From Mobula hypostoma (lineage: Eukaryota), in assembly GCF_963921235.1 (NCBI RefSeq), contig NC_086097.1, positions 184,576,001 to 184,640,000 on the forward strand: a stretch of 64,000 nt of DNA, read 5' to 3'. Every line of letters starts with the position of its first letter. Within the stretch, counting starts at the first letter, position 1. Positions 11,203 to 24,589 of the stretch are shown piece after piece. The notes beneath the pieces are model-generated. The model saw only the letters and a program-made list of their open reading frames with translations. It was not told the DNA's origin and did no database searches. Position numbers and translations under genes: made by a program.

Positions 11203-14200
11203 GGGCTTTGGCAAGGTAAGCGGGTAGGTGGACTTCATATTTTTTTCATTTACATTTTTTTTGGGAGGAATAGAGTCCATGTCAGAAGGGTTAGTACTTT
11301 GCTCTGGGTGCCAGATGTGGGAATCCTGGGAATCTTCCAGTCTCCCAGAAGGCCACATCTGCACCAGGTGCACTGAGATGCAGCTTCTGAGAGACTGTGT
11401 TAGGGATCTGGAGCTGCAGCTTGATGACCTACAGCTTATTAGGGAAAGTGAGCAGGAGATACATAGGAGCCATAGGGAGTTAGTCACTATGGTGCAGGAG
11501 TTAGACAAGTGGGTGACTGTCAAGGGATGGAAAGAGCTTAGATAGTAGAGAGCACCCCTGTGGCCATCCCCCTCAGTAATCGTTATTTCATTTTGGATGC
11601 TGTTGAGGGGAGTGACCTGACGGAAGACGAACATGGCGATCAGGTCTCTGGCACTGAGCCTGGTGCAGAAAGGGGAGAAGAAGATGAGGAATGTGGTAGT
11701 CATAAGGTATTCTATAGTGAGGAAAACAGGCAAGAGGATCTGTCAGCCTGACAGAGATACCCACATGGCGTGTTCCCTCCCAGGTGCCAGGGTACGGGAT
11801 GTCTTCCATCAGGTGCAGAGTACTCTGAAGGGAGAGGGTGAATAGCCAGAAGGCTTGGTAGACATTGGTATCAATGACATAGGTAGAAAAACAGAGGAGG
11901 TTCTGAAGAGAGAATTCAGGGAGTTGGGTAGGAAGCTGAAAAGCCTCCAGGGCAGTAATCTCAGGATTGCTGCCTGTGCCACGTGCTAACGAGCATAAGA
12001 ATAGCATAATCAGGCATATTAATGCTTGGCTGAGAGACTGGTGTAGGGGGCAGGGCTTTGTGTTCTTGAACCAATGGGGCCTCTTCTAGGGGAGGTACGT
12101 AATGTACAAAACAGACGGGTTACTCCTGAACCCAGAGGGGTCCAATATCTTAGCAGGCAGGTTTAATAGAGCTGTTTGAGAGGGTTTAAACTAATTTGGC
12201 AGGGGGCTGGGAACCAGAGTGATAAGTCTGAGGAAGGGGAAGACAGAAATAAATCAAAGATAGTGTGCAACAGAGATTATAGAAAGGACAGGCAGGAGAT
12301 GAGGCATAATCACAGCCAGTGGGATGATTTACAGGGCAATAGAGGCATGATGCAGTTAAAATAGAAGGCAACAAATACTGGACTGAAAATGTTATATTTG
12401 AATGCATGCAGCATAAGAAATAAAATGGATGATCTTGAAGTTCAGCTACAGATTGGCAAATATGACATTGTTGCCGTCTCTGAAACTTGGCTAAATGATG
12501 GCTGCCATTGGGAGCTGAACATGCAAGGATATATGGTGTATCGGAAAGATAGGTTAGTAGGCAGAGGGGGTGGTGAGGCCCTGCGTATAAGAAATAATAC
12601 TAAATCATTAGAAAGGGATGACATAAGATCGGAAGGTGTAGAGTCTCTGTGTGTTGAGTTAAGAAATGGCAAGAGTAAAAGGACCATAATGGCAGTTGTA
12701 TACAGGCCTCCAAACAGCAGCTGGGATGTGGATTACAAATTACTGCAGGAGATAGAAAAGGCCTGTCAGAAGGGCAATGATATGATAATTGTTGGAGATT
12801 TTAACATGAAAGTGGATTGGGAAAACCAGGCCAATACTGGACCTCAAGAGAGAGAATTTGTAGAATGTCTAAGGGATGGCTTTTTAGAACAGCTTGTTGT
12901 TGAGCCCACAAGGGGATCGGTTGTGCTGGATTAGATGTTGTGCAATGATCCGGAGGTGACAAGAAAGCTTAAGGTTAAGGAATGCTTAGGGAACAGTGAT
13001 CACAATATGATCAAGTTCACTTTGAAATTTGAGAGGGAAAAAATAAAATCCAATGTGTCAGTATTTTAGTGGAATAAAGGAAAATACAATGGTATGAGAA
13101 GGGAACTGGGCAAGGTTGACTGGAAAGAGACACTAGCAGGAAGGACAGCAGAGCAGCAATGGCTGGAGTTCCTGCAAAAAATGAGGGAAGTGCAACATAG
13201 AAATATTCCAAATAAGAAGAAATTATCGAATGGAAGGAGGGCACTACCGTGGCTGTCAAGTGAAGTCAGAGCCAAAGTAAAAGCAAAAGAGAGGGCATAT
13301 AAGGAAGCTAAAGCCAATGGGAAGATAGAGGATTGGGAAGTTTATAGAAACTTGCAGAAGGAAACTAAGACGGTCATTAGGAAGGAAAAGATGAATTATG
13401 AAAGGTAGCTGGCGACTAATATCAAAGAAGATAAAAAAAGCTTTTTTAAGTATATAAAGGGTAAAAGAGAGTTGAGGGTAGATATAGGACCAATAGAAAA
13501 TGACGCTGGAGATATTGTAATGAGAGACACAGAGATGGCAGGGGAATTGAATGCTTATTTTGCATCAGTCTTCACAGTGGAAGACATTTGCAGTTAACTG
13601 AACATTCAAGAGTATCAGGGAAGTGAAGTTTGTGCAGTGAAAGTTACGACTGAGAAGGTGTTTAGGAAGCTTAATGGTCTGAGGGTGGGTAAATCTCTTG
13701 GACCTGATGGAATGCACCCTTGCGTTCTGAAGGAAGTAACTGGAGAGATAGCGGAGGCATTAATAATGATCTTTCAAGAATCGATAGATTCTGGCATTGT
13801 ACCAGATGGCTGAAAATTTGCAAATGTTACTCCGCTATTTAAGAAGGGTAGGAGGCAGCAAAAAGGAAACTATAGACCTGATAGCCTGACATCAGTGGTT
13901 GGGAAGTTGTTGAAATTGATTGTTAGGGGTGAGTTTACAGAATACCTGGAGGTACATGACAGAATAGACCAAATCCAGCATGGGTTCCTGAAAGGAAAAT
14001 CCTTCCAAACTAACCTACTGCAATTTTTTGAGGAAATTACAAGCAGGGTAGACAAAGGAGATGCAGTAGCTGTGGTGTACTTGGATTTTCTGAAGGCCTT
14101 TGACAAGGTGCCACACACCAAATGCTTAGCAAGATAAGTTCCCATGGAATTACAGGGGCCGTTACTAGCATGGGTGGAATATTAATGACTTAGATGAGGG

Positions 14201-16236
14201 AATTAAATGCAGCATCTCCAAGTTTGCAGATGACACGAAGCTGGGCGGCAGTGTTAGCTATGAGGAGGATGCTAAGAGGATGCAGGGTGACTTGGATAGG
14301 TTAGGTGAGTGGGCAAATTCATGGCAGATGCAATTTAATGTGGATAAATGAGGTTATGCACTTTGGTGGCAAAAATAGGAAAACAGATTATTATCTGAAT
14401 GGTGGCCGAATAGGAAAAGGGGAGGTGCAACGAGACCTGGGTGTCATTATACACCAGTCATTGAAAGTGGGCATGCAGGTACAGCAGGCGGTGAAAAAGG
14501 CGAATGGTATGCTAGCATTCATAGCAAGAGGATTCGAGTACAGGAGTAGGGAGGTACTACTGCAGTTGTACAAGGCCTTGGTGAGACTACACCTGGAGTA
14601 TTGTGTGCAGTTTTGGTCCCCTAATCTGAGGAAAGACATCCTTGCCATAGAGGGAGTACAAAGAAGGTTCACCAGATTGATTCCTGGGATGGCAGGACTT
14701 TCATATGATGAAAGACTGGATCAACTAGACTTATACTCATTGGAATTTAGAAGATTGAGGGGGAATCTTATTGAAACGTATAAAATCCTAAAGGGATTGG
14801 ACAGGCTAGATGCAGGAAGATTGTTCCCAATGTTGGGGAAGTCCAGATCGAGGGGTCACAGTTTGAGGATAAAGGGGAAGCCTTTTAGGACCGAGATTAG
14901 GAAAAACTTCTTCACACAGAGAGTGGTGAATCTGTGGAATTCTCTGCCACAGGAAACAGTTGAGGCCAGTTCATTGGCTATATTTAAGAGGGAGTTAGAT
15001 ATGGCCCTTGTGGCTACGGGGGTCAGTGGGTATGGAGGGAAGGCTGGGGCGGGGTTCTGAGTTGGATGATCAGCCATGATCATAATAAATGGCGGTGCAG
15101 GCTCGAAGGGCCGAATGACCTACTCCTGCACCTATTTTCTATGTTTCTATCTTTCTGTTAGTTGATCAGCAGAAAACAGAGTGGAAATAAGGGATCCTAT
15201 TCTGTCTGGCTGCCAGTTACTAGTGGAGTTCCACAGGGGTCGGTGTTAGGACCACTGCTTTTTATGATGTATATCAATGATTTGGACTACGGGATTAATG
15301 GATTTGTGGGTAAATTTGTCAATGATACAAAGATAGATGGAGGAGAGGGTAGTGTTGAGGAAATAGAGAGTCTGCAGAGAGACTTAGATAGTTTAGGGAA
15401 ATGGGCGAAGAAGTGGCAAATGAAATACATTGTTGGAAAGTGTATGGTCATGCACTTTGGTGGAAGAAATAAACAGGCAGACTATTATTTAGATGGAGAG
15501 AAAATTCAAAGTGCAGAGATACAAAGGGACTTGGGAGTCCTTGTGCAGGATACCCTAAAGGTTAACCTCCAGGCTGAGTCACTGGTGAAGAAGGCGAATG
15601 CAATGTTGGCATTCATTTCTAGAGGTATAGAATATAAGAGCAGGGATGTGCTGTTGACGCTCTTTCAGGCACTAATAAGACCACATTTGGAGTATTGTGT
15701 GCAGTTTTGGGCTTCTTATTTTCGAAAGGATATATTGGCATTGGAGAAGGTTCAGAGAAGATTCACGAGAATGATTCTAGGAATGAAAGGGTTACCATAT
15801 GAGGAGCGTCTGGCAGCTCTTGGGCCGTATTCCCTGGAGTTCAGGGGAATGAGGGGGGATCTCATAGAAACATTTTGAATGTTAAAAGGTCTGAACAGAT
15901 TAGTTATTTCCCATGGTATGGGAGTCCAGGACAAGAGGGCACAACTTCAGGATTAAAGGATGTCCATTTAGAACAGAGATGCAAAGAAATTATTTTAGTT
16001 AGAGGGTGGTAAATCTGTGGAATTTGTTGCCACGAGCAGCTGTGGAAGCCAAGTCATTGGATGCACTTAAGGCAGAATGGATAGGTTGTTGATTAGCCAG
16101 GGCATCAGAGGGTATGGGGTGAAAGCAGGGGAGTGGGGGATGACTGAAAGAATTGGATCAGACCATGATTGAATGGCAGAGCAGACTCAATGGGCCGAAT
16201 GGCCTACTTCTGCTCCTATATCTTCTGGTCTTATGT
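11203..16236 (+). mobile_element. Near-full-length CR1 LINE (ORF1 Zn-finger/coiled-coil/SGNH esterase; ORF2 APE-EN + RT), inactivated
   Basis: CSGCQMWE...HICTRC, LPGA, YLNACSIRNK, SETWL, VYRPP, VGDFN, KAFDKVPH, GVPQGSVLGP; probable TSD ATGTC. Confidence 0.93.
14184..15156 (+). mobile_element. Younger 5'-truncated CR1 nested inside the 11203-16236 CR1
   Basis: Interrupts host between gcatgggtggaatatt and gttgatcagcagaaaacaga; own (TTCTATGT) tail; long open ORF 14305-15060. Confidence 0.9.
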
Positions 16237-17659
16237 CCTGTATGAATATTGCCATGTCATTTTCCGTGACTGGTAATGCCACCCCTCTCCCTTTAATACC
16301 TTTAGCTCTATCACGTCTAAAGCAGCAGAGCCCTGAACATTGAGCTGCCATTCCTGCTGCTCATGCAACCAACTCTCACTAATAGCTACAGTCATAATTC
16401 CAGCTGCTGATCCAAGCCCTTAACTCATCTGCCTTTCCTACAATATTTCTTGCTTTGAAATATATACAACTCAGAACATTAGTCCCACCATGCTCAATCT
16501 TTCAGTTCCTGTCTTTGCATGTTGGCATAATAACATCTTTCCCCACAACCACTTCACTATCTGCTCTGGCACTCTGGTTCCAATGCCCCTGCAACTCCAG
16601 TTTAAACCCCCAAGTGCAGCATGAGCAAACGTTCCAGCTACGATATTAGTCCCCCTCTAGTTTAAGTGCAAATCTTCTTCTGTAAAGGTCCCACCTTCCC
16701 TGGAAGAGAACCCAGTGATCCAAAAATCTGAAGCCCTTCTTAGCTATTTGTTAAGCTTCCTATTTTTGGCCTCACTAACAAGTGGTATGATTAGAAATTC
16801 TGAGATCACAACCCTTTTAATATAATGCCTAGCTCCCTGAACCCACTTTGAAGGACCTCATAACCCTTCCTACTCATATCATTGGAAACGACATGGACCA
16901 CGACCTCTGGATGCTCACCTTCCCACTTAGGAATGCTGTGGACACAGGATATCCCTGAACCTAGCACGCAGGAGGCAAAATACCATCTTGGAATCTCGTT
17001 CTTGTCTACAGAACCTCCTGCCTTTTCCCCTAACCAATGAATCCCCTATCACTGCAGCTCATCTCCTCTCCACGCTTCCTTTCTGAGCCACAGAGCCAGA
17101 CGCTGACAACTTTGGCTTTCCTTTGTTAGGTCATCCCTCCCAATAGTATCCAAAGCAGTATGCCTGTTTTTGAGAGGAATAGCCACAGGGGTATTCTGCA
17201 CAGGTTGTCTTTCCCCTTCCTGATGGTCACCTCATTACCTGTGTCCTGCAATATGGGTGTAACTACCTCCCTGTATGCCCCGTCAATCAACCTCTCAGAC
17301 CCCCTCGAGTGATCCAGCGTTCATTCAGATCCAGCTCCAACTCCTAGCACGGTCTGCTGGAAGCTGTAGCTTGATGACTTCTTGCATATATATCCATCAA
17401 GGACATTGGAGGTCATCTTGCCTTCCCACGGCCCACAGGTAGAGCATTCCATTATCCTGCTTGGCACCCCTACTGTTCTAACTGTGCAATAAGAAAGGAA
17501 GAAAAAAATCTACCTCCAGCCTTCACTTCTCCTTGCTGAAGCCTCTATGAGCCAGTGTCTGAATTCCCCACTCTAACACTGGCCCACTCACCATTAGCCC
17601 CTCCCATAATGACCTAATTCTGTTTAAACATATCTTCTTTTTATTGAGCTTTGCCTAGT

Positions 17660-17880
17660 CCCTAGTTATGCAGAATCCAATGCTTTCTCAGGAAGTGTGG
17701 TACAAAGAATATCCCAATTGCCCCTGCTTGCTTCTTTTGAAATTTATCTCCTGCTATGCAATCCAACATCTCCTCTGGAACTGTGACAATCATAAAATGT
17801 TCTGACTAACCTGCTCAGTTCTTTTGAAATCTCTCTTCTGCTATGCAATTCAATGTCTCCTTAGGAATTGTGCTGCACAG
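17660..17880. repeat. Degenerate ~88-90 bp tandem repeat (about 2.5 copies) upstream of the minus-strand CR1
   Basis: ctgctatgcaat.caa...ggaa.tgtg units at ~17661, 17751 and 17838; cctgct...ttcttttgaaat twice. Confidence 0.65.
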
Positions 17881-18165
17881 GAAAAACACCAAGGACTTAA
17901 AAGCGTAATTCAAGTGCTATCAATTTCTGTGGTTTGTTCATCTGTAATACCGTATTTGAAATGTCAATAGATGAAATATGCTACCTCATTTTTCACTTCC
18001 TACTGAACTATCAAAATATTCCATATAGATTTTCAATCATAAATGTGCTATCCTTGTCACTTATATGAACCCTTTGTCGGGAAAAAAGAACTGACTAAAT
18101 CAAGCAACACACACAAAATGCTGGTGGAACGCAGCAGGCCAGGCAGCATCCATAGGAAGAAGCAC

Positions 18166-18201
18166 AATCGACGTTTCAGGCTGAGACTCTTCATCAGGAC
18201 T
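18166..18201 (-). ncRNA. Minimal type I hammerhead ribozyme (PLE-associated)
   Basis: AGUC-CUGAUGA-AGAGUCUCAGCCU-GAAA-CGUC-GAUU. Confidence 0.75.
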
Positions 18202-18640
18202 AACTGAAAGAAAAGATAGTAAGAGATTTGAAAGTGGGAGGGGGAGGGGGAGATCCACAATGATAGGAGAAGACAGGAGGGGGAGGGATGGAGATAAGAG
18301 ATGAAAAGTTGATTGGAAAAAGGGATACAAAGCTGAAGAAGGAAGAGGATCATGGGACAGGAGGCCTAGGGAGAAAGAAAGGGGGAGGGGAATGTCAGAG
18401 GAAAATGGAGAGCAGGCAAGCAGTAATTGTGAGAGGGACAGAGAGAGAAAAGAGAGAGAGAGAAATAAAGGGAGAAATAAAAAAAATATATAATAAATAA
18501 ATAAATACATACATAAAGGATGGGGTGAGAACGGGAGGAGGGGCATTAATGGAAGTTAGAGAAGTCAGTGTTCATGCCATCAGGTTGGAGGCTACCCAGA
18601 CGGAATACAAGGTGTTACTCCTCCAACCTGAGTGTGACTT

Positions 18641-20984
18641 ATACTTTATACTTTATTGTCGCCAAACAATTGATACCAGAATGTACAATCATCACAGTGA
18701 TATTTGATTCGAACTATATTCGATAGTCATTCAGGCATGCCACCTTGCTCTTCTTCGGCACTGGGATTATCGTTGCCTTCTTAAAACACAAGGGATCTTA
18801 GACTGATGCAAGGAGGAGTTGAAGATGTCAGCAAACACTCCAGCTCGCTCGCTTGCACAGGCCTGGAGAACCCATCCCGGGACGCCATCTGGGCCTGTCG
18901 CCTTTCTTGGATTTATCTTCAGGAACGCCCTTCTAACGTCCTCCTCGGTGACGATGAATCTCGATGCCACCAGGTCCGGTTCATCCGGAGGGAGCGGGAT
19001 GCTCCTCTTCTGTTCGAATCTTGCGTAGAATACGTTAAGTTCGTCAGGAAGAGAAGTGTCACAGTTATTGATATTCCCAGCCTTTTCCTTGTGCCTAGTG
19101 ATCTCACTTAGACCCTGCCATAGTCTACTGGCATCCCTCTGGTTAGCCTGGGCTTCCAACTTGGCTCGATATTGCCTCTTGGCGCCCTTAATGGCTTTCC
19201 AGAGTTCACGCCTGGATTCCGTGTAGCGACTGGTATCCCCGGACCAATAAGCCGCAGCTTTCGCCTTTAAAAGGGACTTGACCTCATAATTCATCCAAGG
19301 TTTTCAGTTATGGAATACCCGGATTGTCTTGCGAGACACACAGTCCTCCGTGCATTTCCAAATGAAGTCTGTGACAGCTGAGTCATACTCATCGAGGTTA
19401 GCTGCCGAGTCCTTGAAGACTAACCAGTCCACCGATTCAAACAGTCACGGAGGACCTCATCCGTTTCCTCCGTCCAACGCGACTACTTTTGACACCGTGA
19501 CCTCCCGCTTCAGTTTCTGTTTGTAAGCCGGGAGGAGGAGAACGGCCTGATAGTCCCAATTTTCCAAAGTGAGGTCGTGGGACGGAACGGTAGGCATCCT
19601 TGACTGCTCTGTAGCAGTGGTCAAGTATATTCGGGCCTCTAGTGGGGCAGGAGACATTTTGGTATAACTTTGGCAGCGCCTTTCTGAGGTTGGCCTGGTT
19701 AAAGTCCCCGGCTGTAATGAGCAAAGCCTCCAGATACCTGGTCTCAAGTTCACTGATGTTGGCATACAGTATGTTCAGAGCACACTCCACGTCCGCCTGG
19801 AGGGGAACGTAGACCGCTGTCAGAATGACTGAGGTGAATTCCCGTGACAGATAGTAGGGACGACACTTCACCGACGGGTGTTCCAGGTCCAGGCTGCAGG
19901 AACTTGTCAGTGCCACTGTGTCCGAGCACCACTCAGTGTTGATCAGTAGAAAGACACAACCTCCCCTTGTCTTGCCTGAAGACGCCATGTTGTCCATCCG
20001 ATGGATCGAAAATCCCTCCGGTCGGATGGCACAATCGGGGGTGGCAGGGCAGAGCCAGGTCTTGGTGAAACAGAATACACAGCAGTTCTGCATCTCCCTG
20101 CAGTAGGTGAGTTTCCCTTTAAGATCATCCACCTTGTTCTCTATGGCTTGCGCATTAGCTTGTAGGATGGTGGGCATAGGGACCCCGAAGCCTCTGCTTC
20201 AATCTGACCAGCAGCCCAGCTCTTTTCCCACGCTTCCTTGGTAAATAGTGCATCCTTCCAGGTTTCCATCGATGCAGTGTGTTGTCAGCTCTTTGAGGTT
20301 GGTGGACGCGTCCCGCGGGGATCGATCGGCGGGTCGCATCGTCGGGCACTCCGGGTCAGGCCGAGTGATGGGGGAGGCTCCACTGCCACTTCCAGCTGTC
20401 GGGGACCCGGGCTGTCGATTAGGTCGGGCCCCAAAGCCGACACTTAATCCCAAATGGCCGGGCTCCTGGCTAAAACAAATCCTTAAGCCGAGTCATGGTT
20501 GCAGAAGCCTCTGCTCCAGCAGAGCCTCGGGCTCGATTTCTGAGGTCGGCGGCGGAGGCCACACTTCCGGCAGCTGTGGATGGCCACCAATGGGGCTTTA
20601 CGGTGGTCGCTCCTGGGAAATGTCTGGGGCACCTTGAGGTCTCCGCCGTCACTTCTGTGTGGTCATCTGCTCTGGAGAGGTGCTGGTCAGAATGGGCCAT
20701 GTCTCCAAGCACTCCGGCACGGTAGCAGACCACAGGTCTCTGGGAACGTCGTGGGCCTCGGACCAGGCCTCGCTGGTCGGGTCCAGGTGCGGTCCAAAGT
20801 TTAAGGAGCAGTTCTGGCGCGGTGGTCTCCAGCTGGGTCAGTGGCTTCGCCGAGGGTGTTGTTGACCTTGATCTTGATAATTGGAGGTTTAGAAGGGTTT
20901 CTTGGGTATAGGATAGTGGAGAGGGCAGTTTGCTCGGGAGAGCACGCGCAAAGTCGCCAGTTATCGGCGCCATCTTTATCACCT
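18641..20984 (-). mobile_element. Rex1/Babar LINE with intact 5' end and EN but RT deleted; 8-bp TSD
   Basis: TSD TGTGACTT at 18633-18640 and 20985-20992; RKRGKRAGLLVRL, ANAQAIENK, AGDFNQ, LDHCY, LPDELNVFYARFE, KATGPDG; jumps from NDYR to a ~70-bp 3' tail. Confidence 0.9.
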
Positions 20985-22054
20985 TGTGACTTCACCTTGA
21001 CAGTAGAGGAGGCCCTGGATAGACATATCAGAATGGGAATGGGATGTGGAATTAAAATGTGTGGCCACTGGGAGATCCTGCTTTCTCTGGCGGACAGAGA
21101 GTAGGTGTTCCAGTCTGCATCGGGTCTCACCAATATATAGAAGGCAGCACTGGGAGCACCGGACGCAGTATATTACCCCAGCTGACTCACAGGTGAAGTG
21201 TCGCCTCACCTGGAAGGACTGTCTGGGGCCCTGAATGGTGGTAAGGGAGGAAGTGTAAGGGCATGTGTAGCACTTGTTCCACTTGCAAGGATAAGTGCCA
21301 GGGGGGAGATCGGTGGGAAGGGATGAGGGGGACGAATGGCCAAGGGAGTCGTTTAGGGAGCAATCCCTGTGGAAAGCAGAAAGGGGAGAGGAGGGAAAGA
21401 TGTGCTTGGTGCTGTGATCCCATTGGATATGGCGGAAGTTACAGGGAATTATACGTTGGACCCAGAGGCTGGTAGTGTGGTTGGTGAGGACAAGGAGAAC
21501 CCTATCCCTAGTGGGGTGGTGGGAGGATGGGGTGAGAGCAAATGTTTGTGAAATGGGGGAGATGCGTTTGAGAGTAGAGTTTATGGTAGAGGAAAGGAAG
21601 CCCCTTTCTTTAAAAAAGGAAGACATCTCCTTCGTCCTGGAATGAAAGGCCTCATCCTGCGAGCAGATGTGGTGAAGACGGAGGCATTGTGAGATGGGGA
21701 TGGCATTTTTGCAGGAGACAGGGTGAGAAGAGGAATAGTCCAGGTAGCTGTGAGAGTCCGTAGGCTTATAGTAGACATCAGTAGATAAGCTGTCTCCAGA
21801 GACAGAGACAGAAAGAACAAGAAAGGGGAGGGAGGTGTCGGAAATGGACCAGGTAAACTTGAGGGCAGGGTGAAAGTTGGAGGCAAAGTTAATGAAGTCA
21901 TAATGAAGAAAATATTTATTTATTTTTTTAAAATTTAGAGGTAATAGGACTATCTGGCTCAATGAGCCCATGCTGTTCATTTAGATCCATGTGACAAATC
22001 AGCCTATGAGCTCATTCATCTTGGGAATGTGGAAAGAAACCTACACGGTCACGG

Positions 22055-22446
22055 TGTGTTGGTATCGGGTTTGCTGACCGGAAAGTTTTGTACTCACACG
22101 AAGGCCTTAAGCCCTATCCAATACAGGTAGCTATGGATACCCTCACTAAAGGGTGGCTATACTGTAATCCAAATCTTCAAAGAATAGTTCCCATCCCTGT
22201 TTATCCTTCATGGTGAGCTTAACTGCCAATACCCACTATTTGAGCAGTGAGTCACCCTTCAACCAAGGAGCAGATACTTCCAGCTAACAAAGTAGTTTAA
22301 ACACAGTTCATTTATTTTCAGTGATACACATTTAAATCCAAACAACATTCTTAAAACACACTTAAAACTTGGAGAGAATTTCTATCTTTTAAAAGACATC
22401 TAAATTACAAACAATTTCTAAACACAAAGGATTTCCAAAGCACAGG
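22055..22446 (-). mobile_element. Partial LTR (3' end) of the foamy-like ERV family
   Basis: Similar to 47605-48280 (ctgaccg.aaagtt, ccttaagccctatc, acttccagc.aacaaagta, atttccaaa.cacagg); begins TGTGTTG. Confidence 0.8.
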
Positions 22447-23280
22447 CAGTGTTGAGGAAGTGGGCTGTCTGCAGAAGGACTTTGGGGAAGGGTGAAAAAG
22501 CGGCAGATAGAATATAATGTAGGGAAGTACGTGGTCAGGCACTTTGATAAAAGGAATAAAGGCATGGACTAGTTTGTAAGTGGGCAGAAAAGTCAACAAT
22601 CAGAGGTGCAGAGGGAGTTAGGAATACCTGTGCAGGTTTCCTTAAAGGTTAACTTGCAAGTTGAGGCTGTAGTAAGGAAGGCAAATGCAATGTTAGAATT
22701 CATTTGGAGAGGACTAAAACACAAAGGCAAGGATGTAATGCTTTATAAGGCATTGGTCAGACCGTACTTGGAATATTGTGAGCAATTTCAGGCCCTTTAT
22801 CTAAGAAAGGGTGTGCTGGCCTTGGAGAGTGTCCAGAGGAAGTTCTTGAGGATGATCCCAGGAATGAAAGGGTTAACTTATAAGGACTCTCTGGAGTTTA
22901 GAAGAATGAGAGAGAATCTCGTTGAAACCTATCAAATATTCAAAATCTGGATAGAGTGGATGCAGAAAGGATGAGGCAGAATCTAGGACCAGAGGGCACA
23001 ACTTCAAAATTGAGGAATGTCCATTTAGAATAGAGATTGGGGAAAAAGATTGCCAGATGCTGGTGAATCTGTGGAAATTGTTGACACAAACAGCTGCAGA
23101 AGGCAAGTCATTTGGTATATTTAAGGCGGAGATTGATTGGCTCTTGATTAATCAAAGCATCAGAGGTTATAGGGAGAAAGCAGGAGAATGGGGTTGAGAG
23201 GGGTAATAAACCAGCCTTAATGGAATGGCAGAGTAGACTCGTTGGGCCAAGTGGCCTAATTCTGCTCTGAGGTCCTTATG
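22447..23280 (+). mobile_element. CR1 LINE 3' part
   Basis: ORF 22606-22974 LYKALVRPYLEYC; CR1 3' UTR. Confidence 0.9.
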
Positions 23281-23914
23281 TTTTACACTACATCTTCTCT
23301 CTAACAATTACACTTTATTCTGCATCCTGTTACATTTTTTTTACCTGTACGCCAATGCCATAATTATTTGATCTGTATGAACAGTCTGCAAGATAAGCTT
23401 TTTCCAGTACCTTGGTGTATGTGACAATAATAAACCATTTCCAATTCCACATATTATAAAATGGGAAAAACATTGAGAAATCAAGTCTTACACCAGAGAA
23501 ATGGGCCAACTAATCCCATTTTCTCACTTTAGGTGCACAGCTTTCTACACCTTAGCCTTTCAGATATCTGTCCAGCTGCCTGGTAAATGTTTTGTGTATC
23601 TCCCTAAACCAACTCCTCTGGCAGTGTTTTCCAGATATCATCCACACGGCATGAAAAACTTTCTGCTGTGATCTCCTTTAAATCTCTTTCCACTCAGCTT
23701 TAACCTATGCCCTTTTGTTATAGACACCTCCACCATGGGGAAAAATACTTTCTAGCTCATCTATCCCACTTTAACCTCTGTCATGTCATATCTTTATCTC
23801 TTTATATGGTTGCACAGAAACTTTTCTATCTACTCTAAATAAAAACACTAGATTTCACATTAACTGGACATCCAAAAGACAGTGACTTTTTTTTTGGTAG
23901 TAGCAGAGACGTGC

Positions 23915-24215
23915 TACTTATTTATTTGTTTGTTTGTTTATTTATTTATTGACATATAGCATGGAGTTAGCCCTTCCAGCCCTTCAAGCCATGCCACCCA
24001 GCAAACCTCAAATTTTAAATCACGGGTCACTTTACAATGATGAAATAACCTATCAACCGGTATGTCTTTCGACTGTGGGAGGAAACCGGAGCACCCAGAG
24101 GAAACCCATGTGGTCACAGCGAGAGCATACACACTCCTTACAGGCAGCGGCAGGAAATGAACCCAGGTCACTGGTACTGTAGAGCGATGTGCTGACCACT
24201 ATGCTACCATGCTAC
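23915..24215 (-). mobile_element. V-SINE (HE1-like)
   Basis: tgtgggaggaaaccggagcacccagaggaaaccca V-domain; (TAAA/CAAA)n tail. Confidence 0.85.
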
Positions 24216-24342
24216 CTCATTAGAATTAGTAATGGAATATGCTTAATGCAGTACATTGAGTTATGAAAGGTGTTGGGTCTGCTTGCCTTGTGTTGTTTTA
24301 CCTGCAGAGTGAGACAGAAGGGGAGAAAATCAAAACGGCTGA

Positions 24343-24343
24343 G

Positions 24344-24412
<69 letters not shown>
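24343..24412. repeat. (CT)n microsatellite
   Basis: Directly visible. Confidence 0.97.
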
Positions 24413-24416
<4 letters not shown>

Positions 24417-24589
24417 ACAGAGGTCAAATCAGTGAGGTAAAGGTAAAATTGACCCCAGCTGAATATTGGAATGCATAACCAACCAGCAATAGTCTGTTAT
24501 GATGATTAAAGCTTCAAGGCTGAAGAAAACAGCTGAGTAATAAAACACTTGGACAGGCACATTAAGTTGATGGATCAAAAGTCTTTGAT

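Larger units (their letters stand above)
7100..17600 (-). mobile_element. Fragmented near-full-length CR1 LINE acting as host for nested insertions (pieces ~7100-7182, 7608-8142, 8221-8478, 9352-10040, 10245-10690, 11170-11202, 16237-17600)
   Basis: Collinear CR1 ORF2 pieces (ORFs 7611-8378, 9452-9974), EN at 10245-10690 and 16237-16480, ORF1 at ~16640-17480. The host sequence resumes across each insertion junction. Confidence 0.8.
18101..21905 (-). mobile_element. Penelope-like element (RT C-terminus + GIY-YIG endonuclease + 3' region), split by a Rex1 insertion
   Basis: ORF 20979-21980: YKPTDSHSYLDYSSSHP, CKWNKCYTC, VIYCVRC...LYIGET (GIY-YIG). Confidence 0.92.

Noticed and set aside
14305..15878. 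Long ORFs as host genes
   Set aside because: They are CR1 ORF2 fragments
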